From the IMG/VR virus record IMGVR_UViG_3300034354_000165: a stretch of DNA of 40,705 nucleotides; one strand, 5' to 3'. The notes under the pieces are model-generated. The model was given only the letters and a program-made list of their open reading frames with translations. It was not told the DNA's origin and did not search any database. Positions 21,619-30,802 of this stretch are shown here, piece by piece. The stretch is from a virus. Both the position numbers and the translations under genes were made by a program. Position 1 is the stretch's first letter, and each line of letters begins with the position of its first letter.

Positions 21619-21667
21619 TATTTATCGACCTTTCGTATTTTTATCAATAAATTTATTGCCCTGCACA

Positions 21668-21982
21668 TCATTGAGACCCTTTAATGCGGACTTCGCACCT
21701 TTTGGGATCATCGCTCTCAATAATCTCTATATCTGAGTTTTCCTTGAGCTTTTCATTCAGTAAATCAGCTAATGATATACGGCCCTGTGTGATTTCAACG
21801 GCCTTAGTCCAGCATTTTACTGGAATCTGATGGCTGCCAAGCAAAACTTGGTAGATTGTTTGCGGCACAGTTCCTATTTTTTTGGCAAACCAGACTTTAC
21901 CTATGCCAGTCTCCTCAAAAAACAGTTTCAACTTCCCGGAAATTATACGCTTCGTCTTTTTTCGTTGCTTCAAAATATCCAA
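21668..21982 (-). CDS. Cro/CI-type HTH regulator
   Basis: ...GKVWFAKKIGTVPQTIYQVLLGSHQIP resembles an HTH. It is the first gene of the minus early operon at a divergent junction. The frame has no ATG, and the start is a TTG without an obvious RBS. Confidence 0.45.
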   Translation of the reverse strand: MDILKQRKKTKRIISGKLKLFFEETGIGKVWFAKKIGTVPQTIYQVLLGSHQIPVKCWTKAVEITQGRISLADLLNEKLKENSDIEIIESDDPKRCEVRIKGSQ

Positions 21983-22062
21983 CTTGGATAGTATGTTTAC
22001 AGAAAGCAGATTCTATTGGATGATGCATAAAAAAGAAAATGAAAATTAAAATTTGAAAAAAG

Positions 22063-22094
22063 TGAGAGAGAGAAAACGTTACTTTCTCCCTCTC
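22063..22094. promoter_or_regulatory. 12-bp-arm inverted repeat in the divergent control region
   Basis: gagagagagaaa-acgttaac-tttctccctctc (one mismatch). Flanked by an A-run on the plus strand, equivalent to a T-run on the minus strand. Confidence 0.4.
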
Positions 22095-22173
22095 TATCAA
22101 ACCGCAGAGATTCGACGCTCTAATCATAAGTCGAGTTGATGAATCTTTGCAAAATAAACCGCAGGAGCTCGAC

Positions 22174-22470
22174 ATGTATTGCTTAAATGATAATCCACAA
22201 CCTGATTGTGATGAATGCTTAGAAAGCACAAAACTCATTCGTGATGTCAAATACTGGTTTCAAGCTGTCTTAGATCAGATTTATGATAAAGAAGACTTCA
22301 GTGCTGAAGAGCTTGAAAGATACCTAGATGAAATGGCTGGATGCTTAGATATGAAACTCCCCGCTGCTGTTATTGCTGTGGATCGTGAAAAATCTGAATC
22401 TACCTTGCTAGATGAATGGAAAACCTTTAATAATAAATTTTTAAACTCACTTAATACAGTAGGAGTATAG
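22174..22470 (+). CDS. Acidic small protein (98 aa) preceding ERF-exo
   Basis: The ORF opens at 22147, and the ATG at 22174 has a GGAG RBS. D/E-rich. No family recognised. Confidence 0.45.
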   Translation: MYCLNDNPQPDCDECLESTKLIRDVKYWFQAVLDQIYDKEDFSAEELERYLDEMAGCLDMKLPAAVIAVDREKSESTLLDEWKTFNNKFLNSLNTVGV

Positions 22471-22472
22471 CC

Positions 22473-23117
22473 ATGTATCAGTCAGAACAAATTAACGAAT
22501 TAGCTACGGCGCTTGCAAAAGCACAGGGAGAAATAGCTCCAGCTATCAAAGATAAGAACAATCCATTTTTCAAAAGTTCTTATGCGGATCTTTCGAGTAT
22601 CTGGAATGCATGCAAGGTTCCGTTGAGCAAAAATGGACTTGCTGTGTTGCAGACTACAGAAACCAAAGAAGGTCAATTGATCTTAATCACTACTCTAGCA
22701 CATGCAAGCGGTCAGTGGATTCGATCTTTTCTTCCAGTATTATCTGAAAAACAAAACGCTCAAGGCCTTGGATCTGCCCTCACATATATGAGAAGGTATG
22801 CTTTATCGGCGATGGTAGGAGTAACATCCGATGAAGATGATGATGGCAATGCATGCTCTTCTCCTGAGAGAAAAAGAGAATATCAGCCAGCTAAAGAAGA
22901 TGCTCCAAAGAAAATCATAAACCGTGATCAAGTGAAGACGATCGAAAATCTGATCGGTCAGTGTGATGAAACTTTTGTGCGTAACGTAAGAAACTATTAC
23001 GCAAAAGAAGGCGTACATGCATGGGAGCAGTTACCTGTCGACAAGTATGACGGATTATACAGGAATTTATCTTCAAAAATCCAAAGCCGCAATACTGAAA
23101 TGGCAGGGGCTGCATAA
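22473..23117 (+). CDS. erf: ERF-family single-strand annealing protein
   Basis: ELATALAKAQGEI...KNNPFFKSSYADLSSIW...GLGSALTYMRRYAL...SDEDDDG matches the ERF signature (compare P22 Erf). Confidence 0.8.
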   Translation: MYQSEQINELATALAKAQGEIAPAIKDKNNPFFKSSYADLSSIWNACKVPLSKNGLAVLQTTETKEGQLILITTLAHASGQWIRSFLPVLSEKQNAQGLGSALTYMRRYALSAMVGVTSDEDDDGNACSSPERKREYQPAKEDAPKKIINRDQVKTIENLIGQCDETFVRNVRNYYAKEGVHAWEQLPVDKYDGLYRNLSSKIQSRNTEMAGAA

Positions 23118-23956
23118 TGGAACAGAACACGCCTGAATGGCTTGAGATGCGCAAAACTCACATTGGGAGTAGTGATGCTCCCATTGTGATGAATGTAAGT
23201 CCATTTAAAACACCTTACAAGCTTTGGCAAGAAAAGATAGGAATCAGAGATCCTGATACCGAAACGTTTGCCATGAGAGAAGGAAAACGAAAGGAACCTA
23301 TTGCTCGCAAAGCATTGGAAGAACAATTGGGAATACCTCTATTTCCTTCTATAAAGCTTCACAATGAACGATCATGGCAAATGGCAAGCCTTGATGCTAT
23401 GAGCTTCGATGAACGCACTATAGCGGAAATTAAATGCCCTGGCCGTGTTGATCAGGAAATGGCTGTTGCAGGAATTGTTCCCGATAAATACTTTCCTCAA
23501 CTTCAGCATCAAATTTCAGTGTGCGATGTTGACTTCGCGTATTACTTCTCTTTTGATGGGGAAAAGGGAGTTGTGATTAAGGTCTTCAGGGATGAGAAAT
23601 ACATTCATAAGATGATTCAGGAAGAAGAACGATTCTTCGAATGTATGGAAAGCTTTGAATCCCCTGCAATGACAGATAGAGATTATCAGCTTCAGACTTC
23701 TCATGAATGGGCATCGCTTGCTTTCAGATGGAATCAGATTTCTAATCAGATAAAGTCTCTTGAAGAACAAGAGAAGGTTGTCAAAAAAGAGCTTATCTCC
23801 TTATGTAATGGTCAAAGCTCTATGGGAGGAGGTATTAAGCTGGCAAAATGTGTAAGGAAAGGGAACGTCGACTATTCTAAAATTCCCGAAATAGAAAGCT
23901 TGAATTTAGAATCATATCGCAAGCCATCTTCTGAATACTGGCGTATAGGAAAATAA
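23117..23956 (+). CDS. YqaJ-type (lambda Exo-like) recombination exonuclease
   Basis: PEWLEMRKTHIGSSDAPIVMNVSPFKTPYKLWQEKIG and SLDAM...AEIKCP (a D...E-x-K motif). Confidence 0.8.
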   Translation: MEQNTPEWLEMRKTHIGSSDAPIVMNVSPFKTPYKLWQEKIGIRDPDTETFAMREGKRKEPIARKALEEQLGIPLFPSIKLHNERSWQMASLDAMSFDERTIAEIKCPGRVDQEMAVAGIVPDKYFPQLQHQISVCDVDFAYYFSFDGEKGVVIKVFRDEKYIHKMIQEEERFFECMESFESPAMTDRDYQLQTSHEWASLAFRWNQISNQIKSLEEQEKVVKKELISLCNGQSSMGGGIKLAKCVRKGNVDYSKIPEIESLNLESYRKPSSEYWRIGK

Positions 23957-23957
23957 A

Positions 23958-23975
23958 CCGGGCCTCCCTGCCCGG
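23958..23975. terminator. Hairpin at the convergence point of the plus early-left and minus late operons
   Basis: ccgggc-ctccct-gcccgg. On the minus strand it is followed by TTTATTTT. Confidence 0.45.
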
Positions 23976-23993
23976 AACAAACGAAATGGGAAT

Positions 23994-24188
23994 TTAAGCT
24001 AGATCGCTTTCATTTTCTTTTGGAGGCTTAGGCTCCCATCCAGGAAGAATGGGATGAGGTACAATATCAGGTGGCAAAAAGGCATCATTATCACAAATTA
24101 ACTGATCTATTTTTATATATGCTTCTTCTGATGCAAATGCAGAAAATGCAGCTAGGGACATGATCATTCCCAAAAATATCTTCGCCAT
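23994..24188 (-). CDS. Small secreted protein (64 aa)
   Basis: Signal-peptide-like MAKIFLGMIMSLAAFSAFA-SEE. It is the last gene of the late strand. Confidence 0.4.
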   Translation of the reverse strand: MAKIFLGMIMSLAAFSAFASEEAYIKIDQLICDNDAFLPPDIVPHPILPGWEPKPPKENESDLA

Positions 24189-24444
24189 AATTCAAGTCCT
24201 ATTATTAAAATAATTATGATTACATAAGCCTAGGTTCTGAATTTCCAGACTTTCTCTTCGATGTTCTTCATATCAAAGCCTTTTTAATTTGAATGAAGCT
24301 ACCTTAGAGAAAGATGCATTTTGCTGGGAATGAAAATTTTATCAATAACTGTATGACTTGCTCTTAATTTCACATTTTTACGAAAGAAACATATGTTAAT
24401 ATGCATAGATAAGACAAGGGAAATTTGTTGACGTGACAGTATTT

Positions 24445-25944
24445 TTAAGGATAGTAGAGAATGTTTACCGAACCAGCATCAAAATTATTTGTTCCTGTTC
24501 GTGTAAGCGTAAGCTGCGTAAGTTGTGCGCTTAATGATTTAATACCCGCCCCCATTGAAATGGGCACTCCAGTATCGCTAGAGGCGCTTTGCGAAGTTGC
24601 TGCCCACTTAAATGTAGCTGCATCCATTAATGTTAGTGTGAGAACTATTCTGTAAGTATTTGCAGCTGCTTGTGCCACGGTCAATTGAAATCCAGCAGAA
24701 AAAGCAACGACAGTGCCGGTTTGAGATACACTTCCAGCATAACCAGTGTTTTCAATACCGCCCGCATCCCCTATCTGTACCATCATTTCATCTGTACCAT
24801 CTAAGGAAACGCCATCTAGCATTACATAAATTGTTTTAGTGCCCGCAGGAATTCCTGGAAAGTTGAATTCTGTTCCTGAGGTCGTTGCTTGTTGGGTTGC
24901 TAAAGTTCCGCCCCCCCCACTCGTAGCTTGCCATGTTGGAGGGCTTGTTGCGCCATTAGAAGTTAACGCTTGACCTGAAGTTCCAACTCCAGCTCCGCTA
25001 ATGAAAGAATTCATTGCTGAATTACTTAATGTAAGGGCTGCGTCTAATGAAGAAACTGAATTGAAAGTAAGATTAGTAAATGCTAAAGTTCCTGTTCCTG
25101 TGATAGTTGTGGCATTTGAACTACTGAAAAAACAATTATGCAATTGTATAGAAGCACCAGAACCAATAGACATTGCACTAGCTGTATTGGAAGCAAATTC
25201 ACAATATTGTAAATTAATGCCATTAATTCCAACTGTTGAGTTCACAGTTAAAGCTGTTTGGTTCCCAACCATTCCTAAATTATTATATGAGCCTCCCATG
25301 CTACAAGTACTTGAAAGCGTCGTTCCATTCGCCCAACTACTATAATTGGGGAAAAATGATCCAGTTCCTGAAACAGTGTTAACAGTTGTTGAGCTACCGG
25401 AATTATACATAAAAGTATAAATGAATCTTAAAGTTCCTGCCCCACTGTGAGCAAAAATAGCGATGCCTGTTGTGCCAATATCTCCACCACAATAATTAAG
25501 CTGAATCGCGCTAGAGGCGGACGAAGAAGTGAAGCTGATGCCAGTGTTATTTAAGGCATTAATAAAACATTTGTTTAAAATAACAACCGAAGCAAGTGTC
25601 CCTGTAACTGCTAAACAAAAATCAGAATTCGTCTCAAGAGAAATTCCATCGATACCTACTGTTCCTGCGGCCGTAAAAGTACATTTCCCCTTTATAATAA
25701 CATTTGGAATGGTAGTAGAATTTTGTGCAAATGTCATACTAGGCCCATAAGCACAAAGATTGACGCCTGCTTTCAGAGTAAGGTTTTCAGTATATGTACC
25801 GGGACGAATAAATATGGTATCTCCAGAAGAGGCAGAAGTTAATGCTGAGGCAATAGTTGTATGGGTTCCGTTAGCAGCAGACGCGTCTACTATGAATTTC
25901 GCCTCTCCGTAATTATTCGTAGCTAATGCATGTGTGAATGTCAT
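24445..25944 (-). CDS. Tailspike-like beta-helix protein (499 aa)
   Basis: TIASALTSASSGDTIFIRPGTYTENLTL, followed by a long S/T/G/N-rich repetitive beta-helix-like region. Confidence 0.6.
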   Translation of the reverse strand: MTFTHALATNNYGEAKFIVDASAANGTHTTIASALTSASSGDTIFIRPGTYTENLTLKAGVNLCAYGPSMTFAQNSTTIPNVIIKGKCTFTAAGTVGIDGISLETNSDFCLAVTGTLASVVILNKCFINALNNTGISFTSSSASSAIQLNYCGGDIGTTGIAIFAHSGAGTLRFIYTFMYNSGSSTTVNTVSGTGSFFPNYSSWANGTTLSSTCSMGGSYNNLGMVGNQTALTVNSTVGINGINLQYCEFASNTASAMSIGSGASIQLHNCFFSSSNATTITGTGTLAFTNLTFNSVSSLDAALTLSNSAMNSFISGAGVGTSGQALTSNGATSPPTWQATSGGGGTLATQQATTSGTEFNFPGIPAGTKTIYVMLDGVSLDGTDEMMVQIGDAGGIENTGYAGSVSQTGTVVAFSAGFQLTVAQAAANTYRIVLTLTLMDAATFKWAATSQSASSDTGVPISMGAGIKSLSAQLTQLTLTRTGTNNFDAGSVNILYYP

Positions 25945-25954
25945 AATTATATCC

Positions 25955-26899
25955 TTAAGCTATTAACCAAGTTCCTACTATTGAAGTTGCCCACCAGTCA
26001 TTAGTTGATGCCTGATATCTCAATGAAACACTATCGCCGGTCAGAGTGCTTGTAATCGTTCCTGCTGCGGAAGTTGTCAAGGAGCCTAAGTGCGCTACCT
26101 GGGTAGCTGCAAGTTGAATCACTAAGACGCCATTGGTTGCTACAAACTCTAAAAGATCGCCGTTAGCAAGTCCTGCTGTAACAGGAGTCGTCAAAGTAAT
26201 CGCCGCTGTCGCAAACGAACCAGAGTTTAATGTTACCGATGTACTTCCACCTTGATCTGCATAAGGAGGAGAATTGACGGTTAAAGTACTTCCAGAACCG
26301 GATGTTTTACTTCCCGATCTTCCTAGAATGTTCCAGTTACCGGCTGTTGGTGAAAGAGCTCCTCCACTGTCCCCAGTAATGGTATTAGGAATGCCGGTAC
26401 CACTCGTTGAAACAAAACCATTGGCATCTACAGTAAATTGAGCTGAGTTAAAGTGTGAGACACCGTTTTGAGATGAATCTGTAGCGCCTACTGCTGATGA
26501 TCTTTGAATTGTCACGGCAAATTCATTGGCTGCCATGGAATGCGTCTGGATAACATTAGCAAGAGATGACGCTGCTACCTGTCCGCCAGTAATTGTTAAA
26601 TTACCACCTACTGTTGGCAAAACTGGATTTGTCCCAGGAGCTGTAGAATTATCTACAGTTACCTGTTCTACAGCTTGTCCACCACCCATAGTCTCAATGG
26701 TAATATTTGGAGAAGAATATCCCACAGTCAGTGTGGTAGAAACAATATTACCACCCAAAGCTTCAGGCAAAGGTTGAACGTCTCCTGTCCCGATTGCTAG
26801 TTTGCCGGCAGCATTAAGAATGCCCAAATGTGGTTTAGCGGCTGCTAAATCAAAATTGACATTCTTGGCTACCATCACATCATTTTCAAAACCAGCCAT
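25955..26899 (-). CDS. Tail fibre protein (314 aa)
   Basis: G/S/T/A-rich fibre-like composition within the fibre block. Confidence 0.45.
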   Translation of the reverse strand: MAGFENDVMVAKNVNFDLAAAKPHLGILNAAGKLAIGTGDVQPLPEALGGNIVSTTLTVGYSSPNITIETMGGGQAVEQVTVDNSTAPGTNPVLPTVGGNLTITGGQVAASSLANVIQTHSMAANEFAVTIQRSSAVGATDSSQNGVSHFNSAQFTVDANGFVSTSGTGIPNTITGDSGGALSPTAGNWNILGRSGSKTSGSGSTLTVNSPPYADQGGSTSVTLNSGSFATAAITLTTPVTAGLANGDLLEFVATNGVLVIQLAATQVAHLGSLTTSAAGTITSTLTGDSVSLRYQASTNDWWATSIVGTWLIA

Positions 26900-26906
26900 C
26901 TCTTAC

Positions 26907-27464
26907 CTAGGGTGTTTGGTCATAAACAAATACTGCGCTCCACGTAATCGTGCGCCCTGCTATTCCTACAAATTGAGCCTGTATGACTGTGCCATTTGTA
27001 ACTATATTCCAATCGGCAGTGATTAAACCTGCATCAGCTTCATCTAAAGTATCATTCGTACCGATGATGGCGGTCACTCCACCACCAGATCGTCTTGCAA
27101 TGCCTTCCATACCACCACCACAAGCTTCATTATTTCCGGCATCATAACCCACAAACGAAACATCAAATTCAATCGCAGTAGCTGCTACTGGAGTAAAAAT
27201 AGTTACGGTTTGGGTTTGTCCTCCCCCATCGCTTGTAGTAGCTGTTACCTTGGATCTATTAGTCAGTTCTAAAAAAAGGTCATCACCACCGTTTGGGTCA
27301 GCAGTCGTTTGAATACCATTGGCATTGTTCTCTGTAGTGTCCCTACTTAGAACATTGAGATTATTGCCTACAGGAATTGCTACGGAACCGTCATCAGTTG
27401 TAAATTGAGTAGGAACGGCTGGAGGTACTGGGCCAGAAGCTATGCTTTTATAAATTTGACTCAA
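26907..27464 (-). CDS. Tail fibre-associated protein (185 aa)
   Basis: TTG start with an AGAGG RBS. Located in the fibre block. Confidence 0.4.
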   Translation of the reverse strand: MSQIYKSIASGPVPPAVPTQFTTDDGSVAIPVGNNLNVLSRDTTENNANGIQTTADPNGGDDLFLELTNRSKVTATTSDGGGQTQTVTIFTPVAATAIEFDVSFVGYDAGNNEACGGGMEGIARRSGGGVTAIIGTNDTLDEADAGLITADWNIVTNGTVIQAQFVGIAGRTITWSAVFVYDQTP

Positions 27465-27473
27465 GAGTTACCT

Positions 27474-27800
27474 CTAAACATTTTTCGCATAAACATAGGA
27501 AATAGAAAAATCACCAGACGCTCCATTTCCATAAAAAGCGGTTCCCACATCAAATGTGTAATTAGGAGCCGTCCCATGGGCTGCTCTTAAATCTAGGACT
27601 AAAGCTTCTCCAGCTGGGAAAGTCCGCCATGTGGTAGTTCCACCGTCAGTTGATATTTCCACCGAAGCAGATCCTTGGTTATCAAAAATGATAATGACAG
27701 GATTAAACTCCAAGGTGCCGATCAAGACAAAGCTACCCGTCATGGTTTCTATCAATTCAGCAGCAAATTCTCCTCGCTGACTATTATTAATCCCCATCAT
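27474..27800 (-). CDS. Small fibre-block protein (108 aa)
   Basis: ORF between the 870-aa fibre and the 185-aa ORF. Confidence 0.4.
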   Translation of the reverse strand: MMGINNSQRGEFAAELIETMTGSFVLIGTLEFNPVIIIFDNQGSASVEISTDGGTTTWRTFPAGEALVLDLRAAHGTAPNYTFDVGTAFYGNGASGDFSISYVYAKNV

Positions 27801-27816
27801 TCACCTTTTGGTTGGC

Positions 27817-30429
27817 TTAAGCTGTCAAAACCCAGAAATTCACTGCTACGTTGCCGTTTAAGGCAGCTGCACCGTTATTTACGCACGTTACAGTCAATGA
27901 ACCTGCTGCTCTAGTAACTCTGGTAATGGTCATCTGAGCATCGTTAGCACCTTCATTGCATACAGTCACAAGGACGCAAGACGAGGTAGTCACAATCGAG
28001 TTAGTGATAACAAATGCTTGAGCCCCAGCTGCAGCTGTTGTAAATCCTGTAAAGGTTGCACGGCCTACGTTTGCATTGATCACAGCAGTAGCCGATGGAC
28101 TTGCTTCGGTATCTGTCGCAGCAACTACTGTAGCAAAACCAGCTGAGCTGATATCCACAGAGCCACCACCTGTCGTGATGTCTATTCCACCTGCAGCATT
28201 AGAGGCTGTTAAGACAATGGCGTTTGCAGCAGCTTCAGTGGCTGTGATATTCACAGAACCACCTGTATTGACGATGTCAATATCGAGGCCTGCACCAGCT
28301 CCTGGAGCCAAAATGTCGATACCACCAGCAGAAGACGAAAGAACGATGGAATCAGCGATTGCCTCTGTTGCCACTACGCTTACAGACCCGCCTGTGTTAG
28401 TAATAACTATATCTTGACCAGCTGCACCAACAGCGTCGATGTCGATACCACCGGCAGAAGCGATGATGCGTACAGCATCAGCAGCATCTTGTGATGAAGC
28501 TATGTTGACTTGAAGAGCGCCGTCTATGTCTACACCACCAGCTGCAGCTTCCAGATTGATTGCATCAGCGGAAGCTAAACCTGTCGCGCGGAGGGTAATG
28601 CCCCCAACATCAGAAAGAAGGCCTACAGATGAAACTCCTGTACCCTGATCTGAATGAATTTGAATTGTTTCAGAAGTTCCACCGTTAGCATGTAATCTGA
28701 TTGCTAAAGCAGCGTCTTCTGTAGAAGAGACCAAGACTGATCCAAGAACTGAAGAAAGAGTCAGGTCTATTCCAGCACCAGTCGTAGTTACGTTTGAAGC
28801 CGCAGCACCATCGATTGAGAAGGCACCTGTAGAATCAATTGTGATTCCACCTGTTCCGGCATCGATGTCGATACCTCCTGCAGCATCTGAAGCATTAATA
28901 TCGATTGCATCTACGGCGGCTTCTGCGCCTGTGATTATAATTGAACCCGCTGTAGAATTTACTGTGATATCGAAAGCACCCGTTGCTGTAAAATTTGAGG
29001 CTGCTGCTGCATCTAGAGAGATTCCACCAGTTGTGTCTACAATAACACCTCCAGTTGAAGCATCAATATCTATACCACCACCAGCTGTTGAAGCTGTGAT
29101 GTTGACTGCATCAGCCGTTCCCAAACCCCCAGCAATTGTAATTCCACCTACATCTGAACCAATATTGATTGAAGCGGCCCCAGTGCCTTGATCGGCATGC
29201 AAACGAATAGTTTCTGAAACCCCGCCATTAGCCCTAAGATAGATTGCTTCAGCTGCATTTTCTGTAGCTGTAACATTGACACTTGAGCCAGAAGCTAGTA
29301 AGTCTAGATCTTCTCCAGCAGTTCCTGTGGCTGTAATATCCACACCACCAGCACTTGCTATAATAACAATTGCATCGGCAGCGTTTTGTGAGGATGCAAT
29401 ATTTACTTGACCTACAGCATCTGCATCGATACCACCAGCTGAAGCCTGTAGAGAAATAGCGTTTGCAACAGCTTCACCAGCTGTCAAAATGATACTTCCA
29501 GATGTGTTGGTAATATCGATATCTTCGGCAGGAGCACCTGCAGCTGTAATATCGATACCGCCAGCAGTAGAGCTTAGAACAATTGCATCGGCAGCATTTT
29601 CAGTAGCCGATAAGACAATCGAACCGCCAGTATTTGTTATATTAATGTCTTCAGTAGCAGCACCTACGGCATCAATGTCGATACCACCGGCAGAAGCCAC
29701 GATTCGAATAGCGTCAACTGCGTTTTGAGAAGAGGCGATATTAATCTGAAGAGCAGCATCTGCATCGATACCGCCCGCAGCGCTTACCAAAGTAATTGCA
29801 TTAGCCGCCGCTTCTTCACCATTAACGATGACGCGCCCTGCATCACTAGAAAGAGTTAAATCATTACCAGCACCCGTTACATCGATTGTAATAGGGGATG
29901 CAGAAGAGACTGAAACAGTTCCTGTGGCAGTCAAATCCGTAAATGTTGCTGCCGCTGGCGTAGTGCCTCCTATCGCAGGAGGAGCTGCAAAAACCGGTGT
30001 TAAATTTGAAGGTGTGACAAAAAGAGCTAATAAGGCAGTAGAGGCAGTTCCTGCAACTGCTTCAGCATCTGTGGCCAATTGGCCAATACCTGCTGTAACT
30101 TCGGTTGAAACAGGAGCTCCGGCAATAGCAACGCTATTTACATAATCGAAAACTTCTTTAACAGGAGGAACTAATGTAGTAGAAGTACCTGCTGACATTT
30201 CGCCTGCAGTTGCTAGCTCTACAATACCTGGTGCTGTAGTGGACGCATAAGCGTTACCACCTGCTTGCCAACTATCACCATTAAAGACATATTGAGTTGG
30301 TGGCGAAGTATCCTCATCAAAATATTGCTGACCTAATTCACCTTTAAAATTTGCTGATGGCACTCCATGTCCTCGGAGAGCTCCGGGAGCAACTTTTACA
30401 AAACCACCAAGACCGTAAGCTAAGCTCAT
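27817..30429 (-). CDS. Large repetitive tail fibre or tailspike (870 aa)
   Basis: The N-terminal anchor is shared with the 389-aa spike. The body is built of roughly 20-25-aa repeats (..A.DAI.L.ASAGGIDIDA.G....I.I.NTGGS..) with larger nested duplications. Confidence 0.65.
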   Translation of the reverse strand: MSLAYGLGGFVKVAPGALRGHGVPSANFKGELGQQYFDEDTSPPTQYVFNGDSWQAGGNAYASTTAPGIVELATAGEMSAGTSTTLVPPVKEVFDYVNSVAIAGAPVSTEVTAGIGQLATDAEAVAGTASTALLALFVTPSNLTPVFAAPPAIGGTTPAAATFTDLTATGTVSVSSASPITIDVTGAGNDLTLSSDAGRVIVNGEEAAANAITLVSAAGGIDADAALQINIASSQNAVDAIRIVASAGGIDIDAVGAATEDINITNTGGSIVLSATENAADAIVLSSTAGGIDITAAGAPAEDIDITNTSGSIILTAGEAVANAISLQASAGGIDADAVGQVNIASSQNAADAIVIIASAGGVDITATGTAGEDLDLLASGSSVNVTATENAAEAIYLRANGGVSETIRLHADQGTGAASINIGSDVGGITIAGGLGTADAVNITASTAGGGIDIDASTGGVIVDTTGGISLDAAAASNFTATGAFDITVNSTAGSIIITGAEAAVDAIDINASDAAGGIDIDAGTGGITIDSTGAFSIDGAAASNVTTTGAGIDLTLSSVLGSVLVSSTEDAALAIRLHANGGTSETIQIHSDQGTGVSSVGLLSDVGGITLRATGLASADAINLEAAAGGVDIDGALQVNIASSQDAADAVRIIASAGGIDIDAVGAAGQDIVITNTGGSVSVVATEAIADSIVLSSSAGGIDILAPGAGAGLDIDIVNTGGSVNITATEAAANAIVLTASNAAGGIDITTGGGSVDISSAGFATVVAATDTEASPSATAVINANVGRATFTGFTTAAAGAQAFVITNSIVTTSSCVLVTVCNEGANDAQMTITRVTRAAGSLTVTCVNNGAAALNGNVAVNFWVLTA

Positions 30430-30547
30430 TTCTAACCTCTTGTTATTGAAATTACAATTTGCCTTAAAAAAACCGCTGGATCTATAGTTAAAAATTGAAA
30501 TTAACCAACATTAACCACCTCTACCGGTAGTTGTTAAAGATTGTTAT

Positions 30548-30793
30548 ATGGAAAAAATCGAAACTGACTTTTTTACTATTAAAGAATTCGCTGGAAAAAT
30601 AGGAGTTCATCCCAATACAGTGCGAAGAGCGGTAAAATCAGGACGTATTGGGGCCTTTAAGGTAGGATCAGGAAAGAAGTCCCCTTATCGGATAGCCAAG
30701 ACAGAGGTTAACCGTATGGCACTCTTTGATATGGAGCAAATGATCGAGAGGATCATCGAAAAAAGAACCCAAAATAATCCCAACTTGCTATAG
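30548..30793 (+). CDS. Excisionase-family HTH DNA-binding protein
   Basis: FFTIKEFAGKIGVHPNTVRRAVKSGRIGAFKVG...YRI matches the excisionase/MerR-like HTH pattern. Confidence 0.55.
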   Translation: MEKIETDFFTIKEFAGKIGVHPNTVRRAVKSGRIGAFKVGSGKKSPYRIAKTEVNRMALFDMEQMIERIIEKRTQNNPNLL

Positions 30794-30802
30794 TATAAGG
30801 TA

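Noticed and set aside
22803-23326. Three minus-strand ORFs (71, 79 and 109 aa) across the ERF/exonuclease genes
   Set aside because: They are antisense to two motif-supported genes and have low-complexity, Cys/Phe/Ser-rich composition.
28076-30145. Four plus-strand ORFs (113, 116, 79 and 105 aa) inside the 870-aa fibre gene
   Set aside because: They are Pro/Ala/Val/Ile-rich mirror images of the periodic GCN/GNT codons of the minus-strand gene. They have no RBS or independent signals and are nested entirely in a well-supported CDS.
27817-30429. Diversity-generating retroelement or CRISPR-like origin of the repeats
   Set aside because: There is no reverse transcriptase anywhere in the complete genome and no template/variable repeat pair with adenine-specific differences. 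The repeats are in-frame coding repeats, not spacer-separated units.
30548-30793. Excisionase-family HTH as evidence for an integration module
   Set aside because: No integrase is present in the complete genome. This HTH fold is also common in transcription regulators, so it is annotated only as a DNA-binding protein.
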